In this document: piece by piece, positions 58,630-64,000 of the stretch
Layout: each line of letters starts with the position of its first letter
Position numbering within the stretch: position 1 is the first letter of the stretch
Origin: Alphaproteobacteria bacterium
Lineage (GTDB): Bacteria > Pseudomonadota > Alphaproteobacteria > CAAHEQ01 > UBA3637
Reading direction: 5' to 3'
Assembly: GCA_045635565.1 (NCBI GenBank)
Contig: JAZTVX010000044.1
Location: 8,261 to 72,260, forward strand
Length of the DNA: 64,000 nucleotides
The notes under the pieces: generated by a model
Seen by the model: only the letters and a program-made list of their open reading frames with translations
Told to the model about the DNA's origin: nothing
Database searches by the model: none
Translations under genes and position numbers: made by a program

Positions 58630-59103
58630 ATGGGTAACATTAAATTTTATACCATTGAAGATTGGGTTGAAGCCTACTTAAGGGGATGGGGTTATCAAGA
58701 CAGCCATTTGACACATGTGATAACTGAAAAATTAAAATCTGAAAAAAGCAATTTGCATCCTGATGACGTTTGTTTTTTGTTGGATAAACATATTCAAACA
58801 TACATTGATACCGTCTTGCCGGACATAAAATTATCTGCCATTCAAAAACAGGCCTATTTTAAAATGATTTTTCTGATGAAAAAATTATATTTAACCGTTA
58901 ATTTGTTTGATGATATTTCTGTCGAAGATGAACGCTGTCTGTCGAATGCTTTTCGGGAACAATTGTATCCGATTGTACCGGATTTGGTTCAAGCCGATAT
59001 GTTTCGTCAAAGCATTAAAATATTTCACCCCTTTTGGAAATTGAAAAAAACATTCGTTAAAGGTGTGAAATTTGTTGGGAAAACGGTTGCAAAAAAACAA
59101 TGA
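58630..59103 (+). CDS. hypothetical cytoplasmic protein inserted between opgG and opgH
   Basis: 157-aa ORF tightly packed between its neighbours (7 nt after the opgG stop, 9 nt before the opgH start). No family recognised. Confidence 0.5.
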   Translation: MGNIKFYTIEDWVEAYLRGWGYQDSHLTHVITEKLKSEKSNLHPDDVCFLLDKHIQTYIDTVLPDIKLSAIQKQAYFKMIFLMKKLYLTVNLFDDISVEDERCLSNAFREQLYPIVPDLVQADMFRQSIKIFHPFWKLKKTFVKGVKFVGKTVAKKQ

Positions 59104-59112
59104 GGGTAAGCC

Positions 59113-61155
59113 ATGCAAAAAGAATGTACTATTCTGTCTAACATTAGTAAACGGCAAATTGTTTGGCGACGTATTAAATTATTCGGTATTGTTTTGTTAA
59201 GTGTTGTTTTTGCAACGTTAAAATGGGCAACATTTATGCCGACGGATGTTGTAGTGCCGATTAAAATCGGTATGATTATCCTATTTTGTTTGACATTTTC
59301 GTGGATTTCCCTCTTTTTTTGGTCGAGTTTGTTCGGATTTTGGGATATGTTATGCAAACGCCCCATGCCTGCCATTAAAAGAGTGGCACCTGATACGCGT
59401 TTGACAACCAAAACAGCCGTTTTAATGCCTGTCTATAATGAAAATCCTCAAACGGTTTATGCAAATTTGTTGGCCATGGCTCGTGATTTGGAAAAAACAG
59501 GGCAGGCAACTGCTTTTGATTTTTTTGTATTAAGTGATACGACGAAACCGGATGTATGGATTCAAGAAGAAATTCTCTGGCAACAAACGAAAGATTTGTT
59601 CCCTCAAAACGTTCATTTGTACTATCGTCATCGTCCGAAAAATACGGCTCGTAAAAGTGGAAATATTGAAGATTTTTGTGTGCGATGGGGAAGTCTTTAT
59701 GAACATATGATTGTCTTGGATGCAGATAGTTTGATGACAGGTGAAGTCATGGTTCAAATGGCTCAATTGATGGAAGTTAATACCACAACGGGTATAATAC
59801 AGGCACCTCCCATGATTATCAATCAAAAAACGTTTTTTTCACGTGTGCAACAGTTTGCCGGACGGGTTTACGGGCCGATTGTCAGTGCCGGTTTGGCTTA
59901 TTGGCAGGTGTGGGACAGCAATTATTGGGGGCATAATGCTATTATTCGCACACAAGCCTTCATGGCCTGTTGCGGATTGCCGGTATTTCCGGGGCAGGCT
60001 CCGTTCGGCGGTCATATTTTAAGTCATGATTTTGTCGAGGCGGCTCTTATTCGCAGAAGTGGTTGGTTGGCGTGGATGTTGCCGGAATTAAAGGGTAGTT
60101 ATGAAGAATGTCCACCAACCATGTTGGATTTTGTGATTCGTGACAGACGATGGTGCCAAGGTAATTTACAACATTTACGTATTTTGTTTTCTAAATGGCT
60201 TCATCCGGTATCCCGTTTACATTTTACAACGGGTATTATGTCGTATCTGTCATCTCCGTTGTGGTTTTTGTTTTTGTTTTTGGGATTGGGTATTGCGTTG
60301 TGGCGTGAATTTTTTCCACCTCAATATTTCTCGGAAACAAAAACCTTGTTTCCGATGTGGCCGGAATTTGACTTAATCGGTACATTGGCATTATTTGGAT
60401 TATCAATGGCAATGTTGTTTGTTCCTAAAATTTTAGGTGGTCTGATAGTAATTATACAACATCGTCCGTTGAAAGAATATGGTGGTTTTTTCGGTTTGTT
60501 GATGACCATGTTGGTGGAATTTGTATTTAGTGCTTTAATTGCTCCGATTATGATGCTTTTTCAAAGTAAAATAGTGTTCGATATCTTCTTGGGTATTGAT
60601 ACCGGCTGGTCTGCTCAAAACAGAGATGCAACAGGAACATCATGGCGTGTGGCATGTCAACGTCATTGGGGACATTTGGTTATCGGTGTTGGTGTGTCCA
60701 TCATCGTGTACTTGTATGCCAATTCTCTCTTTTACTGGATTTTGCCGATAACGGTTGGTTTAATTTTGTCGATTCCGGTATCTGTTTTTTCATCCAGAGA
60801 AAGTGTTGGTAAACTGGCTCAAAAGTGTCGATTGTTTATTATCCCCGAAGAATACAAAAAACCGGATATTTTAATCAAAGCAGAACACGCTTTCATCGAA
60901 ATTCAAACATGTTCGATGTCGGATGGTATCATGGTATTGTTAAAAAATCCGATATATCTGAATCTGCATATATATATGTTGTCCGTGAATGGCCCTCAAC
61001 CGGAATTTGACGATAGGGTGGTTAGGTCAGTCACGCAAAAAATACAATATTATGCTCAAAACAATGTTTTGGATTTCGCACCTGACGAATTGAAATATTG
61101 TTTGTATTCACCGTCAACGTTGCGTGAATTGTCTTTGCTGTATTTGATGAATTGA
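59113..61155 (+). CDS. opgH: glucans biosynthesis glucosyltransferase OpgH/MdoH
   Basis: GT2 core (VLMPVYNE, LDADS, RDRRWCQGNLQH) flanked by multiple TM segments. Confidence 0.92.
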   Translation: MQKECTILSNISKRQIVWRRIKLFGIVLLSVVFATLKWATFMPTDVVVPIKIGMIILFCLTFSWISLFFWSSLFGFWDMLCKRPMPAIKRVAPDTRLTTKTAVLMPVYNENPQTVYANLLAMARDLEKTGQATAFDFFVLSDTTKPDVWIQEEILWQQTKDLFPQNVHLYYRHRPKNTARKSGNIEDFCVRWGSLYEHMIVLDADSLMTGEVMVQMAQLMEVNTTTGIIQAPPMIINQKTFFSRVQQFAGRVYGPIVSAGLAYWQVWDSNYWGHNAIIRTQAFMACCGLPVFPGQAPFGGHILSHDFVEAALIRRSGWLAWMLPELKGSYEECPPTMLDFVIRDRRWCQGNLQHLRILFSKWLHPVSRLHFTTGIMSYLSSPLWFLFLFLGLGIALWREFFPPQYFSETKTLFPMWPEFDLIGTLALFGLSMAMLFVPKILGGLIVIIQHRPLKEYGGFFGLLMTMLVEFVFSALIAPIMMLFQSKIVFDIFLGIDTGWSAQNRDATGTSWRVACQRHWGHLVIGVGVSIIVYLYANSLFYWILPITVGLILSIPVSVFSSRESVGKLAQKCRLFIIPEEYKKPDILIKAEHAFIEIQTCSMSDGIMVLLKNPIYLNLHIYMLSVNGPQPEFDDRVVRSVTQKIQYYAQNNVLDFAPDELKYCLYSPSTLRELSLLYLMN

Positions 61156-61204
61156 TATTAAATTGTATAAAATATAATGGGTTGTGTCCGTTTTTATATT
61201 TTGA

Positions 61205-61233
61205 TTGACATTCTGTGTAAATGAGCCTAATAT
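61205..61233 (+). promoter_or_regulatory. candidate promoter of the ABC exporter gene
   Basis: TTGACA (61205-61210), 17-nt spacer, TAATAT (61228-61233). It covers the ATG at 61221, which argues for the start at 61263. Confidence 0.45.
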
Positions 61234-61262
61234 ACGGCATTATTACAACAAAAGGTATTTTT

Positions 61263-63041
61263 ATGTTTCAAAAATTAAAAAAAAATAATTTCGTTTTAAA
61301 TTATTCTCGCATGTGGCCGTTTGTTCGTCCGTTTTGGGGGCGGGCTTTGGTTTCGACGTTAATTACAATTCCCATCGGTTCTTTGGATGCTATTGTTGCG
61401 TTGTCTTTGAAACCGTTTATGGATACAGTTATCATGGATAAAGGTGATGCGACTTTTTTTGGTATGCCGATGCCTCTTTATATGATACCGATGTTTATTA
61501 TCTTTTTTACCATTTTTCAAAGTGCATTGGAATATACATCTTCATATTTAAATGCCTGGGTCGGAGGCCGAATTACCAATGCTGTGAAGCAAAAAATATA
61601 TGCGAAATTGGTTCGGTGTGAACCGGCTTTTGTTGATAAAAATTCGTCAGGTTTTATTGTGTTTCGATGTGATACGGATCCGAATTTGGCGTGTTCGGGA
61701 TTGTTGACAAATTTAAAAGTTTTTACCACCCGATTGTTTTCGTCGATTTCGCTGTTGTTTGTGTTAATTTATACGTCGTGGGAGTTGGCTATTTGGGCCA
61801 TTATTGTGTTAGGGACATCTTTGTGGCCGTTGACGACGATACGTCGCAAAATTAAAGAAGTGATGAATTCGACTGTATTGGCCGGTGGGGCGGCTTTAAC
61901 GGCTTTAAATGAAACGTTTTCCGGATTAAAAACAATTGCTTCATACAATTTGGAAAAGAAACAAAGTGATAAATTTTCCGAGGTATTACGTCAGATTTTC
62001 AGGTTACAGATAAAATATACGCAAAAAACGGCTTGGTTATCTCCGATGATGCATATCATCATTGCTGTTGGTATTGCCGGTACGATTTGGTTGGGTAGTT
62101 ATTTGATTCGTTCCAGTGATATTACTCCAGGTGATTTTGTATCATTTATGACGGCTTTGTTAATGTTATATACACCGATTAAAAATATCGGAAAGAATTT
62201 TGCTTCCGTTCAAATGTCGTTTTTGGCGATTGAACGTGTTTTTGAATTTTTGGAAATGCCATCAACGGTAAATGAAAAGAAAGATGCTCAAGATTGTCCT
62301 ATTTTAACCGATAAAATTGAATATCAAAATGTTCATTTCGGTTATACATCAGAACGGTTGGTATTGAAAGATATTAACTTGACGATTCGTAAAGGACAAA
62401 AAATTGCCTTTGTCGGTAATTCCGGTGGTGGAAAAACAACGTTGGTTAACCTGTTGCCTCGCTTTTATGAATTGACAAGTGGACAGATTATGATTGATGA
62501 TGTTAGCGTTGCTGATATGAAATTGACATCGTTACGGGATAATATTGCTGTCGTGTTTCAGGATAATTTCTTGTTTAGTGGAACGATACGGGATAATATT
62601 ATGTTGGGTCGTCCGAATGCGACAGCCGAAGAAGTTGAACAGGCATTACAATCAGCTTGCTTGGACGAATTTGTCACATCGTTGCCGATGGGGTTGGATA
62701 CGGAAATCGGTGAACGGGGTGTGTTACTGTCGGGTGGACAAAAACAGCGAGTGGCTATTGCCCGTGCTTTCTTGAAAAACTCACCAATTGTTATTTTGGA
62801 TGAGGCAACATCTGCTTTGGATAATAAATCGGAAGCCATTGTGCAACAGGCTATTGATAATTTAATGAAAGACAGAACGGTTTTTGTGATTGCACACCGT
62901 CTGTCGACCATTCAAAATGCTGATCAGATTGTTGTTGTCAATGAAGGTCGCATTGTGGAACAAGGTTCACATGATGAATTGATTGAGTTACAAGGAGCGT
63001 ATTATATGTTGTATTCTGCTCAATTCAAGAGCAAGAATTAA
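61263..63041 (+). CDS. ABCB-type exporter, fused permease/ATPase (MsbA/NdvA-like)
   Basis: Six-TM domain followed by an NBD: Walker A GNSGGGKTT, signature LSGGQKQR, Walker B ILDEATSALD. Confidence 0.88.
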   Translation: MFQKLKKNNFVLNYSRMWPFVRPFWGRALVSTLITIPIGSLDAIVALSLKPFMDTVIMDKGDATFFGMPMPLYMIPMFIIFFTIFQSALEYTSSYLNAWVGGRITNAVKQKIYAKLVRCEPAFVDKNSSGFIVFRCDTDPNLACSGLLTNLKVFTTRLFSSISLLFVLIYTSWELAIWAIIVLGTSLWPLTTIRRKIKEVMNSTVLAGGAALTALNETFSGLKTIASYNLEKKQSDKFSEVLRQIFRLQIKYTQKTAWLSPMMHIIIAVGIAGTIWLGSYLIRSSDITPGDFVSFMTALLMLYTPIKNIGKNFASVQMSFLAIERVFEFLEMPSTVNEKKDAQDCPILTDKIEYQNVHFGYTSERLVLKDINLTIRKGQKIAFVGNSGGGKTTLVNLLPRFYELTSGQIMIDDVSVADMKLTSLRDNIAVVFQDNFLFSGTIRDNIMLGRPNATAEEVEQALQSACLDEFVTSLPMGLDTEIGERGVLLSGGQKQRVAIARAFLKNSPIVILDEATSALDNKSEAIVQQAIDNLMKDRTVFVIAHRLSTIQNADQIVVVNEGRIVEQGSHDELIELQGAYYMLYSAQFKSKN

Positions 63042-63216
63042 ACAGGATGAGCCATCTGTTTTTCAGATAAAAAACGTTTGCCTTTTTTTGAAATTTTTGT
63101 TGCGAAAAAAAATGCTTCGTGATACAATTACGTGCGAAATAATCTCTGGCAGAAATAACGTTACTTTGTAACGATTGTTTTGAGCGAGATGATTCTTAAC
63201 AGAAAAGGAAAATAAT

Positions 63217-64000
63217 ATGGATAATTTAGAAGTCAAGGCCTGGGAAGGCTTTAAACCGAATAAATGGCAAGATGAAATCAACGTACGTGATTTTATCAAC
63301 CATAACTATACGCCGTATGAAGGCGATGATTCATTTTTAGCTGGTCCGACAACGCGTACGACAAATATGTGGAAAACGGTTGCGGAATTGATGAAAAAAG
63401 AACGTGAAAACAATGGCTTATTAGATGCTGATACAAGCGTGGTTTCTTCTATCACATCACACGGGGCTGGTTATATCAACAAAGATGAAGAAATCATTGT
63501 TGGTTTGCAAACGGATAAACCATTGAAACGTGCTTTAATGCCGTACGGCGGTTACCGAATGGTTGAAGGTTCTTGTCAAGCATATGATTTGGCACTTGAT
63601 CCAAAAGTAACGGAAGTCTTTACAACATATCGTAAAACACACAATGACGGTGTTTTTGATGCTTATACACCGGATATTCGTGCCTGCCGTAAAAGTGGTA
63701 TTGTAACAGGTTTACCTGATGCTTACGGTCGTGGTCGTATTATCGGTGATTATCGTCGTATTGCTTTATATGGTATTGACCGTTTGATTCAAGACAAAGA
63801 AAGCCAAAAAACACTTTCTGATTTAAGCAGTATGACGGAAGATGTCATTCGTGAACGGGAAGAATTGGCTGAACAAATCCGTGCTTTGAAAGATATGAAA
63901 AAAATGGCTGCTGCTTATGGTTTGGATATCTCTAAACCGGCTGAAAATGCCAAAGAAGCCATTCAATGGACATATTTCGGTTATTTGGCTGCCATTAAAG
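63217..64000 (+). CDS. pflB: pyruvate formate-lyase (formate C-acetyltransferase), 5' part, runs off the window
   Basis: Hand translation from ATG 63217 gives MDNLEVKAWEGFKPNKWQDEINVRDFINHNYTPYEGDDSFLAGPT...ITSHGAGYINKDEEIIVGLQTDKPLKRALMPYGG. It aligns closely with the E. coli PflB N-terminus (AWEGF..G.WQ.EVNVRDFI..NYTPYEGDESFLAG). The ORF is absent from the track because it has no stop inside the window. Confidence 0.92.
   Translation, partial: MDNLEVKAWEGFKPNKWQDEINVRDFINHNYTPYEGDDSFLAGPTTRTTNMWKTVAELMKKERENNGLLDADTSVVSSITSHGAGYINKDEEIIVGLQTDKPLKRALMPYGGYRMVEGSCQAYDLALDPKVTEVFTTYRKTHNDGVFDAYTPDIRACRKSGIVTGLPDAYGRGRIIGDYRRIALYGIDRLIQDKESQKTLSDLSSMTEDVIREREELAEQIRALKDMKKMAAAYGLDISKPAENAKEAIQWTYFGYLAAIK

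Overview
AT-rich bacterial chromosomal window, densely coded on both strands. No rRNA genes, IS elements, integrases, prophage genes or CRISPR arrays were recognised. The conserved genes look alphaproteobacterial: the ClpP, S4 and UvrD sequence styles, tig-clpP-clpX-lon next to tRNA-Leu, lepB-rnc-era-recO, and DciA/DUF721, opgGH and AsmA. This lineage call comes from reading the proteins and has not been searched. Housekeeping content: alr, rmuC, trkH, tatD-family, tcdA, uvrD, uvrA, an ABC-F ATPase, rpsD, lon, clpX, clpP, tig, tgt, lepB, rnc, era, recO, gtrA-family, opgG, opgH, an ABCB-type exporter, tRNA-Gln(CUG) and tRNA-Leu(UAG). Fermentative/anaerobic genes are present but scattered (pflA, focA, 5' part of pflB, an Isf-like flavoprotein). 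The accessory content between the core blocks is the interesting part. (1) An edge-truncated type IVb-like pilus module: PilP-like protein, GspE-family ATPase, GspF-family platform. (2) About 21 kb away, a very large pilin-like protein with a class III signal peptide and a C-terminal domain full of adjacent cysteines. (3) Five lineage-specific ORFan proteins, each with a near-consensus sigma70 promoter and a Shine-Dalgarno site. One is a tandem diverged paralog pair with glycine-zipper segments and nucleotide-level conserved ends. One contains 85/71-aa tandem repeats. Two distant ORFans share an N-terminal module. (4) Three 133-bp noncoding tandem repeats with nested hairpins. (5) A nucleotidase / P-loop kinase / alkaline-phosphatase-fold cassette between rpsD and focA. 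I cannot name a known defence or secretion system that explains the ORFans. The paralog pair and the pilus plus cysteine-rich pilin are my best candidates for undescribed biology. All functional calls rest on motif recognition by eye and need HMM or structure searches.
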